Assembly: GCF_022701215.1 (NCBI RefSeq)
Contig: NZ_CP089976.1
Location: 1,470,001 to 1,502,000, forward strand
Reading direction: 5' to 3'
Length of the DNA: 32,000 nt
From: Moraxella nasovis
GTDB taxonomy: Bacteria > Pseudomonadota > Gammaproteobacteria > Pseudomonadales > Moraxellaceae
In this document: piece by piece, positions 1 to 9,190 of the stretch
How the letters are laid out: each line of letters starts with the position of its first letter
Numbering within the stretch: the first letter of the stretch is position 1
Made by a program: the position numbers and the translations under genes
Notes under the pieces: generated by a model
Databases searched by the model: none
What the model was told of the DNA's origin: nothing
Seen by the model: only the letters and a program-made list of their open reading frames with translations

Positions 1-555
1 GTTGGTATGGTTGTAACAGGTGCTCCATTATTTACTATTATCAAAGATGGCGTCTTAGAATGGCAAGCCAATGTGCCTGCAGATAAAGCAAATGAGCTGA
101 CCGCTGGGCAATCTGCCACCTTAGATAGACCTAAGGCAGGGCGTCCCATCACAGGGGTGATCGATCGTATCTCTCCTACGGCGAATGATAATCGTGAACT
201 TACGGTTCATGTCACCTTACCTAAGGATAACCGTCTGACAGCAGGAATGTTTGTTTCGGGGAAATTTGCGGCATCACAAAAGACATTACTTGCCATTCCT
301 GCTCGCCTTGTCAGTACCCAAGATGGCTATGATTATGTGTGGGTGCTAGAGCATAAAGCAGATGATTTTTATACCGCTCACAAGACTAGAATTAACATCA
401 GTAGCCGAAGTGGGATATATGTGGCGACAAACCTAGATGCAAATACGTTACTAATCGCCCAAGGCGGTAATTTCTTGCGAGATGGCGATACAGTGCGTGT
501 GGTGGGTGTTTTATCCCAGTCAGCTGAGACATCCGCCATAGATGCGGGGCTGTGA
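1..555 (+). CDS. Efflux RND periplasmic adaptor (membrane fusion protein, HlyD/AcrA family), C-terminal fragment; 5' end lies outside the window
   Basis: The frame is open back to nt 1. The sequence resembles the C-terminal beta-barrel/membrane-proximal part of an adaptor. Its TGA stop (553-555) overlaps the GTG/ATG start of the downstream RND pump gene, the classic adaptor-pump operon layout. Confidence 0.75.
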   Translation, partial: VGMVVTGAPLFTIIKDGVLEWQANVPADKANELTAGQSATLDRPKAGRPITGVIDRISPTANDNRELTVHVTLPKDNRLTAGMFVSGKFAASQKTLLAIPARLVSTQDGYDYVWVLEHKADDFYTAHKTRINISSRSGIYVATNLDANTLLIAQGGNFLRDGDTVRVVGVLSQSAETSAIDAGL

Positions 556-3500
556 TGAATTTTTCTGCTTATTCTATTAAAAATCCACTTGTTGCGATTT
601 TATTATTTACTTTGCTGACGCTTGGCGGCATTCTCGGCTTTAAAAACAGTAAGATTCAGCAATTTCCTGATATTGACTTGCCGGGGGTGATTGTTACCAT
701 TCCCATGCCAGGAGCTGCACCTGCTCAGCTAGAAAATGACATTGCCAAAAAAGTAGAAAACAGCTTATCAAAAATTGAGGGGATAAAACACGTCCGCACC
801 ACCTTGCAGACAGGAGCGGTAACCATTCATGGTGAATTTGTCCTTGAAAAAGACGTCCAAGAAGCGGTGGATGACGTGCGTTCAGCGGTCAGTGAAGTGC
901 GTGGCGACCTGCCTGCCGCTGCCCAAGAACCGATTATCTCCAAAGTATCCACCGCAGGCTTTCCTGTGGTTAGCTATTCTGTATCTTCAAGCCAAATGGA
1001 TAATGCCCAACTGTCTTGGTGGGTGGATGATGCCTTATCTAGACGATTGTCAAATCTTGATGGCGTGGGAAAAATTGCTCGCATTGGCGGTATTGAACGC
1101 CAAATTATCGTCGCTGCTGATGCTGATAAATTAGGCGGTTGGCAAATGCCAATTACCAGCTTATCTCAGCAAGTATACGCCTTATGGCAGGACGCGTCTG
1201 GCGGTGAAGCTAAAGTGGGCGGTCAGACGCAAACCATACGTATTTTAGGGGCGTCTGATAGCATTCATGAACTACAAAACTTACAAATTAGCACACCGCA
1301 TGGCACAGCAAGACTAGCCGATGTCGCTGATGTGTATGACGGTAAGGCGGACGAGACTAGTACGGCACTTTTAGATAATAAGCCTGTTGTCGCCTTTAAC
1401 ATAACTCGCTCTCGTGGTGCTAGCGAGGTGGCGATGGTGGAGCTTATCGATGCTGAGCTTGATAAAATTACCAAACAAAATCCACACATCACCATTGATA
1501 AGATTTACGACCACGCCAAGCCCATCTATGACGATTATAAAGCATCTATGCAGATGCTGATTGAAGGCTGTATCTTGGCAGTGGTGGTTGTATGGTTGTT
1601 TTTGCGTAATTGGCGAGCAACCTTCGTGACGGCGATGGCATTGCCTTTATCCATTATCCCGACATTTTTGGCGATGTATTGGTTTAACTTTAGCCTAAAT
1701 GTCATTTCTCTTCTTGCTTTATCGCTTGTGATTGGGGTGCTTGTTGATGATGCGATTGTGGAAGTAGAAAATATCATTCGCCATCTTAGACTTGGTAAAA
1801 CGCCTTATGAGGCAGCTATGGAAGCGGCAAACGAGATTGGGCTTGCGGTGATTGCCACAACCTTTACGCTGATTGCTGTGTTCTTGCCAACGGCTTTTAT
1901 GAATGGCGTTGTGGGGCAGTTTTTCTCACAGTTTGGCTGGACAGCGGCGATAAGCGTTTTTATCTCATTGCTTGTAGCAAGGCTAATCACGCCAATGATG
2001 GCAGCTTATATCCTAAAACCTGAGAAAAAAGCAGCAGAAAAACATAGTCAGACAATGACATGGTACATTCGCCTAGTTAAATGGGCATTACGCCATCGTG
2101 CAGTGACGCTTGCTGTAACGGTGGTATTATTTATCGGCTCGCTGTCTTTGTCATCATTACTACCGACAGGATTTATTCCTGATAACGACATTAACCAAAC
2201 ACAAGTTACGATTGAGCTTACGCCTGATGCCAGCTTAGATGATACGGTTAAGATTGTTGGCATGGCAAGTGATGTTATCGGGCAGTTAGATGGCGTGGAT
2301 TCGGTATTTGCGGCTGTGGGTACAGCGGCCGGTGGTATGGATTCACGAAGTGCATCTGCAGGATCGGTTAATATCGCTACGCTTGATGTATCGCTTAATC
2401 CTAGGGGTGAGCGTCCATTTAAGTCGGATGTAGAGCATAAAATCAGTACGGCACTACAAAACATCGCAGGTGCAAGATTTAAGGTGGGAATGAGCTCAGG
2501 CGGTGAGACTGGTTATTCATTTTCTTTAACCAGTCATGATTGGCAAAGACTGTCCGAGACAGTTCGGGCAGTGGTTAATGAAATTCATGCCATTGATGGG
2601 GTAACTATCACAACCAATGAGTCATTACCTAAGCCCCAAATTAACGTTTATCCTGACCGCTTAAGCATGGCAGAAAAAGCAGTAACGACAAAGGATTTAG
2701 CAGATACGCTGCGTGTCGCTACCGTTGGTGATTATGAGCAGGCATTACCTAAGTTAAATTTAGACACCCGTCAGATTCCCATCAGTGTGCGACTGCCTGA
2801 TGAAGATAAGCAAAGCATTGAGACACTTGCCAAGCTATATCTGCCTAGCTCAGGACAGGCAAGCGTCACAGCAGATGATGTGGCACGCTTTGAGTTTGGT
2901 GCAGGTGATGCCCAGATTCACCGCTTTGATGAAGAGCGTTCGGTAAAAATTACAGTTGATGGCGATATGCCACTAGGCGAGCTTGTGGCAAGCGTTAAAG
3001 CAAGCCCAACTTTGGTCAATCTGCCAAGCAGTATTACGATTATTGAAGAAGGTCAAGCTGAAAGCATGAATGAGCTGTTTGGCGGCTTTGTTTTGGCGAT
3101 GGGCGTTGGGGTGCTGTGCATTTTTGGGGTGTTAATGCTGCTGTTTCACCGAGTATTGCAACCGTTTACCATCTTGGTGGCATTGCCTTTATCTGTGGGT
3201 GGTGCATTTGTCGGACTACTCATAACAGGCAGTAGCCTATCTATGCCATCGATGATTGGCTTTATCATGTTGATGGGGATTGCTACCAAAAATTCCATTT
3301 TATTGGTGGATTATGCCATCATCGCCCAAAACGATGGCAAGTCACAGTTTGAGGCGATTATTGATGCGTGTCGCAAAAGAGCAAGACCCATCATGATGAC
3401 AAGTATTGCTATGGGTGCAGGAATGTTGCCGCTTGTGGCAGGCTTTGGTGATGGCGACCCAACCTTTCGCCGTCCGATGGCAGCAGCAGTGCTTGGCGGT

Positions 3501-3605
3501 CTTGTAACATCTACTTTCTTAAGTCTTGTCGTTATTCCTGTGGTTTATACCTTGATGGATGATATTAGTCGAAAACTGCGATACAAAAAAGCAACGAGCG
3601 TATAA
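552..3605 (+). CDS. Efflux RND transporter permease subunit (AcrB/AcrD/AcrF family)
   Basis: 1017 aa. It has an N-terminal TM helix (NPLVAILLFTLLTLGG), two large periplasmic loops, a conserved TM4-type motif (LVIGVLVDDAIVEVENI) and a second-half motif (GIATKNSILLVDY). Start is GTG 552 or ATG 555. Confidence 0.9.
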   Translation: MMNFSAYSIKNPLVAILLFTLLTLGGILGFKNSKIQQFPDIDLPGVIVTIPMPGAAPAQLENDIAKKVENSLSKIEGIKHVRTTLQTGAVTIHGEFVLEKDVQEAVDDVRSAVSEVRGDLPAAAQEPIISKVSTAGFPVVSYSVSSSQMDNAQLSWWVDDALSRRLSNLDGVGKIARIGGIERQIIVAADADKLGGWQMPITSLSQQVYALWQDASGGEAKVGGQTQTIRILGASDSIHELQNLQISTPHGTARLADVADVYDGKADETSTALLDNKPVVAFNITRSRGASEVAMVELIDAELDKITKQNPHITIDKIYDHAKPIYDDYKASMQMLIEGCILAVVVVWLFLRNWRATFVTAMALPLSIIPTFLAMYWFNFSLNVISLLALSLVIGVLVDDAIVEVENIIRHLRLGKTPYEAAMEAANEIGLAVIATTFTLIAVFLPTAFMNGVVGQFFSQFGWTAAISVFISLLVARLITPMMAAYILKPEKKAAEKHSQTMTWYIRLVKWALRHRAVTLAVTVVLFIGSLSLSSLLPTGFIPDNDINQTQVTIELTPDASLDDTVKIVGMASDVIGQLDGVDSVFAAVGTAAGGMDSRSASAGSVNIATLDVSLNPRGERPFKSDVEHKISTALQNIAGARFKVGMSSGGETGYSFSLTSHDWQRLSETVRAVVNEIHAIDGVTITTNESLPKPQINVYPDRLSMAEKAVTTKDLADTLRVATVGDYEQALPKLNLDTRQIPISVRLPDEDKQSIETLAKLYLPSSGQASVTADDVARFEFGAGDAQIHRFDEERSVKITVDGDMPLGELVASVKASPTLVNLPSSITIIEEGQAESMNELFGGFVLAMGVGVLCIFGVLMLLFHRVLQPFTILVALPLSVGGAFVGLLITGSSLSMPSMIGFIMLMGIATKNSILLVDYAIIAQNDGKSQFEAIIDACRKRARPIMMTSIAMGAGMLPLVAGFGDGDPTFRRPMAAAVLGGLVTSTFLSLVVIPVVYTLMDDISRKLRYKKATSV

Positions 3606-3674
3606 AACTTGGGCGAAAATTGCTAAATTATGCTATGCTAAAGCGTTATTATTTGTGATTTTTTTAGTAAGCTT

Positions 3675-5501
3675 ATGAAACAAGCGACCGCATTAGAGAT
3701 TTTAAAAACAGGGCAAAATGTCTTTTTGACAGGGCAGGCAGGAGCTGGTAAAACTTATGTGTTGAACCAATATATCCACTACCTAAGAGCAAGGGGGATT
3801 GCTGTCGCCATCACCGCCAGCACAGGCATTGCTGCCACGCACATGAACGGTATGACGTTACATGCATGGAGTGGCATGGGCATTAAGGATGCTTTTTCGC
3901 CAGATGATTACAGCCGCCTAAAATCTCGTCAAATGGTTGTAGAAAGGATTAAGCAATCAAAGGTGCTAATCGTTGATGAAATTTCCATGTTGCATGCTAA
4001 GCAAGTGGATTTGCTTAATGAAATTTTACAAAAAATACGAGATAATGACGCTGCTTTTGGCGGTATTCAGGTGATTTTTTCAGGTGATTTTTTTCAGCTT
4101 CCCCCTGTTGGCAAGCGTGGCGAGACCAATAAAGAAAAGTTTGCCTTTATGGCAAAAGCATGGCTAGATGCCAATTTTCAAGTCTGTTATCTTACCGAAC
4201 AGCACCGCCAAACGGCGTGTGATGAGCATCAGCGATTTGGCATATCGCTTAATGACATTTTAAACCAAATCCGCCGCCAAGACGTTAGCCAAACTGCCAT
4301 TTATGCTCTAAATACCGCCCAAAATCATGCCATAGACGATGATTGTACAAGGCTTTATACCCATAATGCCAATGTCGATGAGATTAATAAGGCACAGCTT
4401 AATAAACTGACAACTAAGGCTCATACATTCACAGCGACAGAGTTTGGCGATAAAGCATTGCTTGAGAATTTAAGAAAAAATGTCCGTGCTGCCGCTGAGC
4501 TTGAACTAAAAGTGGGTGCAAAAGTGATGTTCGTCAAAAACAATCCTGATCTAAATGTATCAAATGGCACGATGGGTGAAGTAGTAGACTTTGCCACACT
4601 TGGCGAGACTGATGAGAGCGAGCATAATCTATTATCAAAATACCCTGTCGTCCGCCTGCATAATGGGCGTACGGTGATTGCTGAACCTGATGATTGGACC
4701 ATTGAGAATCCCCAAGGTGAAGTATTGGCAAGCTATACCCAAATACCGCTTTGCTTGGCATGGGCAATCACCATTCATAAATCTCAAGGCATGACCTTAG
4801 ATGCTGCTAAGATTGACTTATCACGCACCTTTGAGATGGGTCAAGGTTATGTGGCGTTATCCAGACTGCGTTCGCTTGACGGCTTAAAGCTGCTTGGCTT
4901 TAATCAAAAAAGCCTGCTGCTAGATGAATGGGTGTTTCGAGTAGATAGACGATTACAAGAGCTGGCACACGAACATGAAATGGCATTTTATTCACTAGAT
5001 GACGATGTTATTAAGCAAGTGCAAGATGCTTTTGTGGTAGCAAGCGATGGCATCACAAAAAAAGACGTGGTCATCGCTAATGAAAAACGTCTACTAGAAC
5101 AAAAGCATAACAACGAAAAACGTGCTCAAATCGCCGCTTGTGCCAACCCAAATAAAAAGGCAGTGGGGCAAACGCTACAAGAAACCAAAAAGCTTATCGA
5201 ATCAGGGCTTAGTATTTTAGATGTGGCACAAAAACGCACCCTTGCTATATCAACGATTATTGGGCATATTAAAGATCTACGTGAGCAAGATAAAGACTTT
5301 AACTGCTCACATATTCGCCCAAGCGATAAAACACTGCAAGACGTACAAAAAGCTTATGATGCTTTAGAGGCGGCAGGTGAGTTTGCCGATAAAATAACGC
5401 TAAAGCCTATAGTTGATGAGCTTGGGGGTGATTATGATTATAACACAGTGCGATTGGCACTTATTTTTATTGACACAAAGGATAAGGTAGACGGATGTTA
5501 A
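3675..5501 (+). CDS. PIF1/RecD-like SF1B DNA helicase with a C-terminal HTH-like tail
   Basis: Walker A GQAGAGKT, Walker B VLIVDEISM, FSGDFFQLPPV and ITIHKSQG motifs typical of PIF1/RecD helicases. The ~120 aa C-terminal extension resembles the helix-turn-helix tail seen on bacterial PIF1-like proteins. Confidence 0.8.
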   Translation: MKQATALEILKTGQNVFLTGQAGAGKTYVLNQYIHYLRARGIAVAITASTGIAATHMNGMTLHAWSGMGIKDAFSPDDYSRLKSRQMVVERIKQSKVLIVDEISMLHAKQVDLLNEILQKIRDNDAAFGGIQVIFSGDFFQLPPVGKRGETNKEKFAFMAKAWLDANFQVCYLTEQHRQTACDEHQRFGISLNDILNQIRRQDVSQTAIYALNTAQNHAIDDDCTRLYTHNANVDEINKAQLNKLTTKAHTFTATEFGDKALLENLRKNVRAAAELELKVGAKVMFVKNNPDLNVSNGTMGEVVDFATLGETDESEHNLLSKYPVVRLHNGRTVIAEPDDWTIENPQGEVLASYTQIPLCLAWAITIHKSQGMTLDAAKIDLSRTFEMGQGYVALSRLRSLDGLKLLGFNQKSLLLDEWVFRVDRRLQELAHEHEMAFYSLDDDVIKQVQDAFVVASDGITKKDVVIANEKRLLEQKHNNEKRAQIAACANPNKKAVGQTLQETKKLIESGLSILDVAQKRTLAISTIIGHIKDLREQDKDFNCSHIRPSDKTLQDVQKAYDALEAAGEFADKITLKPIVDELGGDYDYNTVRLALIFIDTKDKVDGC

Positions 5502-6547
5502 CCCCAAAAATCCGCTTAGCGATTAATGGCTTTGGGCGTATCGGACGTAACGTACTGCGTGCCTACCTAAAACACCCCGATAAGTTTTTAGATGTTGAGA
5601 TTGTCGCCATTAATGACGTGGCAGATGCTAGCACCTTATTGCATTTGTTAAAGTTTGACACCACGCATGGCAGGCTCTCTGCTCTTGGTGTGTCAGCACA
5701 GCTTGGCGTGCTTGATGGTCGGACAGCTTTAGAGCTTCATACTAAGTCTATGACAAGCTGTATTTTATTTTTTAATGAGTCAGAGCCTAAGAATCTGGCG
5801 TGGCGTGACTTGGCCGTTGATGTTGTGCTTGAATGCACAGGAAAATTTCGCTCGTATCATGAAGCCATGCAGCACCGTCAAGCAGGAGCAAGGCAGGTTA
5901 TCGTAGGGGCAGCACCTTTTGATGAGATTGATGCCAGCGTGGTCATTGGGGTGAACGACCACTTGCTCACAAGAGATTTGCCCATCATCTCAAGTGTGTC
6001 ATGCACCACCCAAGCTCTTGTGCCATTATTATCTGTGCTGCATGATAATTTTTGCATTAAAAGTGCCATGATGACCGAGATTCATGCTGTAACCGCTGAT
6101 CAAAGCGTGCTTGACCAAGCTCATCGTGACTTACGCAGAGCCCGTGCTTGTGGGCAAAATATCATTCCGACAACTTCAAGCAGTATTAATGCCACAGAAC
6201 GAGTTTTACCTGATATGCAAGGCAAAATTAACGGACATTCTATTCGTGTGCCGACGCTTGATGTGGCAGCGATTGATGTCAATTTTACCTTTATGAAGTC
6301 TGCCAGTCTATCCCAATTGCAAGATGTGCTATATCAGGCGAGTATAGGCAAGCTATCAGGTATCATGGGTTATACTGATGAGCCACTTGTTTCTAGTGAT
6401 TTTATCGGAGATTTACATTCGCTTGTGATAGATGGCACACAGATTATGCAAGCAGGCGAGCAGTTTAAGGTGTTTGCTTGGTATGATAATGAGTGGGGCT
6501 ATGCCAATCGCTTACTTGATATGTGCCAGATATTGGCAAAACGATAA
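5495..6547 (+). CDS. Glyceraldehyde-3-phosphate / erythrose-4-phosphate dehydrogenase family protein (Epd/Gap2-like)
   Basis: N-terminal Rossmann motif INGFGRIGR, catalytic SCTT at aa 169-172, HRDLRRARA...QNIIP and WYDNEWGYANR signatures. The DLRRxRA segment is closer to Epd/GapB than to GapA. Its ATG overlaps the helicase stop by 7 nt. Confidence 0.85.
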   Translation: MLTPKIRLAINGFGRIGRNVLRAYLKHPDKFLDVEIVAINDVADASTLLHLLKFDTTHGRLSALGVSAQLGVLDGRTALELHTKSMTSCILFFNESEPKNLAWRDLAVDVVLECTGKFRSYHEAMQHRQAGARQVIVGAAPFDEIDASVVIGVNDHLLTRDLPIISSVSCTTQALVPLLSVLHDNFCIKSAMMTEIHAVTADQSVLDQAHRDLRRARACGQNIIPTTSSSINATERVLPDMQGKINGHSIRVPTLDVAAIDVNFTFMKSASLSQLQDVLYQASIGKLSGIMGYTDEPLVSSDFIGDLHSLVIDGTQIMQAGEQFKVFAWYDNEWGYANRLLDMCQILAKR

Positions 6548-6637
6548 GCATAAGCTCATTAAAATTATAACGCTTATACGCTAACATCTTGGATTGTGTG
6601 CTTTAGACGTTGTTGTTTTATTTTTATTTGGGATAAT

Positions 6638-6668
6638 AAAAAACAGGGAAATCCTCCCTGTTTTTTTT
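6638..6668. terminator. Bidirectional rho-independent terminator between the gap-like gene and proS
   Basis: CAGGGA (6644-6649) pairs with TCCCTG (6655-6660) around a 5-nt loop. It is flanked by an A-run (6638-6643) and T8 (6661-6668). Confidence 0.6.
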
Positions 6669-6688
6669 AGTTTTTTGTGCGTTAAGCA

Positions 6689-8407
6689 CTAGCTTAGCTT
6701 ACTGAGTAAATCATCAAGACTTAACAGTTGTTTTTCGCCTACGTTTCGCTTCACATATTCGTACTCATTATTTGCCAGATTACGCTCAGAAACCACGACA
6801 CGATGCGGTACACCGATTAGCTCAAGATCGGCAAACTTCACGCCTGGACGTTCATCACGATCATCTAGTATCACGTTTACGCCCTTGTCTTTAAGCAAAG
6901 TGTATAATTCTTCAGCTTTAGCTTCTGCTGTGCCATCTTTAGATTTCATAGGAACGATGGCAACGCGAAACGGTGCGATGTTATCGCTTGGATCTGGCGT
7001 GTCCGCCCAGATGATACCATTATCATCGTGGCTTTGTTCTATGGCAGCAGCGATGATGCGACTCACCCCAATGCCATAGCACCCCATCATCAAAGTAACA
7101 GGTTTGCCTTCTTTGCCAAGCACGGTGCAGTTTAAGGCTTTTGAATATTTATCGCCTAATTGAAAAATATGCCCAACTTCAATGCCACGCTTGATGGCAA
7201 TCACGCCTTTACCACAAGGGCTTGGATCGCCATCGAGGACGTTACGAATGTCGGCAATCTCATCAATTTGTGCATCACGTTCCCAGTTTACGCCTGTGGT
7301 GTGATAATTTACCTTATTTGCACCACTGACAAAGTCAGAAAGTACAGCTGCACTGCGATCGACAATAACAGGCATCGGCAGGTCAAACACGCCGATATAG
7401 CCTTTATGCAGTCCTGCTTTAGCGATGGCCTCTTCGCTTGCCATGGTAAGTGGGACTTTCACTTGGGGTAATTTTTCAGCTTTAATTTCGTTTAGGGTGT
7501 GATCGCCACGCAGTACTAGGGCGACAAGCGTTGGCTCGTTACTTTCATTTCCCACACCTTCTACAATCAAGGTTTTGACCGTCTGAGCAAGTGGTAAGCC
7601 TAGGTGGCTGGCAACTTCTTCACAAGTTGGCATATTTGGTGTGGCAACGTCCACTTTAGCTTGACTTGGGGGCTGGCGAGTATCAAGACATATCGCTTCA
7701 GCAAGCTCGACATTTGCCGCAAAATCACTCTCGGTGCTAAAGGCGATATCATCCTCTCCGCTATCGGCAAGTACATGAAACTCATGGCTGGCAAATCCAC
7801 CAATTGAGCCTGTGTCGGCAAGCACCGCACGGAAATTTAACCCAAGACGACTAAAAATGCGACTGTATGCTTCATACATATCATCATAGGTTTTTGCAAG
7901 CGATTGTTTATCAATATGAAAGCTATAAGCGTCTTTCATGGTAAATTCACGAGCTCGCATCACGCCAAAGCGGGGGCGAATCTCATCACGGAATTTGGTT
8001 TGTACTTGATAGTAGCAAGTAGGAAGCTGTTTATAGCTTGCCAAATGGTTGCGAGCGATGTCGGTAATGACTTCTTCGTGTGTCGGTCCAAGCACAAAAT
8101 CACGGTGGTGGCGGTCTTTAAAGCGTAGCAGTTCAGCACCATAATCTTCCCAGCGTCCAGATTCTTGCCAAAGTTCAGCAGGCTGAGTAACAGGCATAAG
8201 CAGTTCTTGAGCGTTAATGCGTTCCATTTCTTCACGGACGATTTTCTCCACACGCTTAAGCACACGCAAACCTGATGGCATCCAGACATATAAGCCTGAA
8301 GCAAGCTTACGGATTAGCCCTGCTTTAAGCATAAGCTGTGCGGAAACTACATCTGCATCATTTGGGGTTTGGCGTAGGGTGGCAAAAGTAAATTGACTGG
8401 CTTTCAT
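6689..8407 (-). CDS. proS: Proline--tRNA ligase (bacterial type with editing-domain insertion)
   Basis: 572 aa. The N-terminus [37 protein letters not shown] and the class II aaRS motifs ([25 protein letters not shown]; [10 protein letters not shown]) match ProS. Confidence 0.95.
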   Translation of the reverse strand: MKASQFTFATLRQTPNDADVVSAQLMLKAGLIRKLASGLYVWMPSGLRVLKRVEKIVREEMERINAQELLMPVTQPAELWQESGRWEDYGAELLRFKDRHHRDFVLGPTHEEVITDIARNHLASYKQLPTCYYQVQTKFRDEIRPRFGVMRAREFTMKDAYSFHIDKQSLAKTYDDMYEAYSRIFSRLGLNFRAVLADTGSIGGFASHEFHVLADSGEDDIAFSTESDFAANVELAEAICLDTRQPPSQAKVDVATPNMPTCEEVASHLGLPLAQTVKTLIVEGVGNESNEPTLVALVLRGDHTLNEIKAEKLPQVKVPLTMASEEAIAKAGLHKGYIGVFDLPMPVIVDRSAAVLSDFVSGANKVNYHTTGVNWERDAQIDEIADIRNVLDGDPSPCGKGVIAIKRGIEVGHIFQLGDKYSKALNCTVLGKEGKPVTLMMGCYGIGVSRIIAAAIEQSHDDNGIIWADTPDPSDNIAPFRVAIVPMKSKDGTAEAKAEELYTLLKDKGVNVILDDRDERPGVKFADLELIGVPHRVVVSERNLANNEYEYVKRNVGEKQLLSLDDLLSKLS

Positions 8408-8532
8408 AACGACCTTATTATCTAAAAATGAGCTATCTTAAGACAAAATTTGGCAACATTGCAACTAATTTTTTGTCAAATGGGAAAAATAGCAGTATTA
8501 TAAAATAATCAGCGATTAAAAAGGAAAAATTT

Positions 8533-9186
8533 ATGCAAAAAAACGCCAGTATTTTAAAGATAATGATGGCAGTTCTTCTTAGCTTGCTTGTCATTTGGCT
8601 TATTTTTATGATGAAATCCCAACAGCCAAAACCTGCTGTGTCTGCCGTCACTCGTGATGGGGTGGTGACTCAGATTCAAAGTTTATCTCGTCTAGAGTCT
8701 GTGGCTTATGGTGTAGATACGATTATCACCGCCCAAAAACAAGGCACATGGCAAAGGCTTTGGCAAGATGAACAAAAAGGGATTTTTGTCGCTCATGGGC
8801 GGGTGTTAGCAGGCGTGGATTTGTCTAAAATCACAGCCGATATGGTTCAAGTCAGCTATGACACACAGTCTAATCCTGCTGTTGCACCGCATGCCCATGT
8901 CGTGATTACCCTGCCGCCGAGTGAAGTTTTTGAAGTATTTTTAGATGAAATCCAAGTGTATGACTGGCAGACGGGGCTATTTGGTGCGGTGGATAATGAT
9001 CCAAAATTACTCACCCAAGCCCAAACATCTGCCAAAGCTGAAGTGCTAAATAAAGCTTGTCAAGGCGACATTATGGCTTTAGCTGGTAAAAATGCCAGTG
9101 AACAAATGCAAGGGCTGTTTATGCTGACAGGGGCGAGTGTCACCATTAAAGGTGGTGCGATAGGTGCTTGTCAGCTTAGCCGATAA
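8533..9186 (+). CDS. Membrane-anchored protein of unknown function, DUF4230-like
   Basis: 217 aa with one N-terminal TM helix (IMMAVLLSLLVIWLIF) and the segment HGRVLAGVDLSKIT, which resembles the DUF4230 signature. SD AAGGA lies upstream. Family call is from memory only. Confidence 0.5.
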   Translation: MQKNASILKIMMAVLLSLLVIWLIFMMKSQQPKPAVSAVTRDGVVTQIQSLSRLESVAYGVDTIITAQKQGTWQRLWQDEQKGIFVAHGRVLAGVDLSKITADMVQVSYDTQSNPAVAPHAHVVITLPPSEVFEVFLDEIQVYDWQTGLFGAVDNDPKLLTQAQTSAKAEVLNKACQGDIMALAGKNASEQMQGLFMLTGASVTIKGGAIGACQLSR

Positions 9187-9190
9187 CACC

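Noticed and set aside
829-2464. Short ORFs from the track nested in or antisense to the RND pump gene. The same applies to all similar 60-140 aa ORFs inside proS, SulP, trpB, ggt, accD, folC, hemF, dxs and WS/DGAT.
   Set aside because: They lie entirely within long ORFs with clear family signatures, have no recognisable motifs or ribosome-binding sites, and have composition typical of shadow frames.
8451-8465. TGGCAACATTGCAAC, upstream of the DUF4230-like gene, resembles a sigma54 -24/-12 element.
   Set aside because: The distance from the GG to the GC is 9 nt rather than the 12 nt required by the TGGCAC-N5-TTGC consensus geometry.
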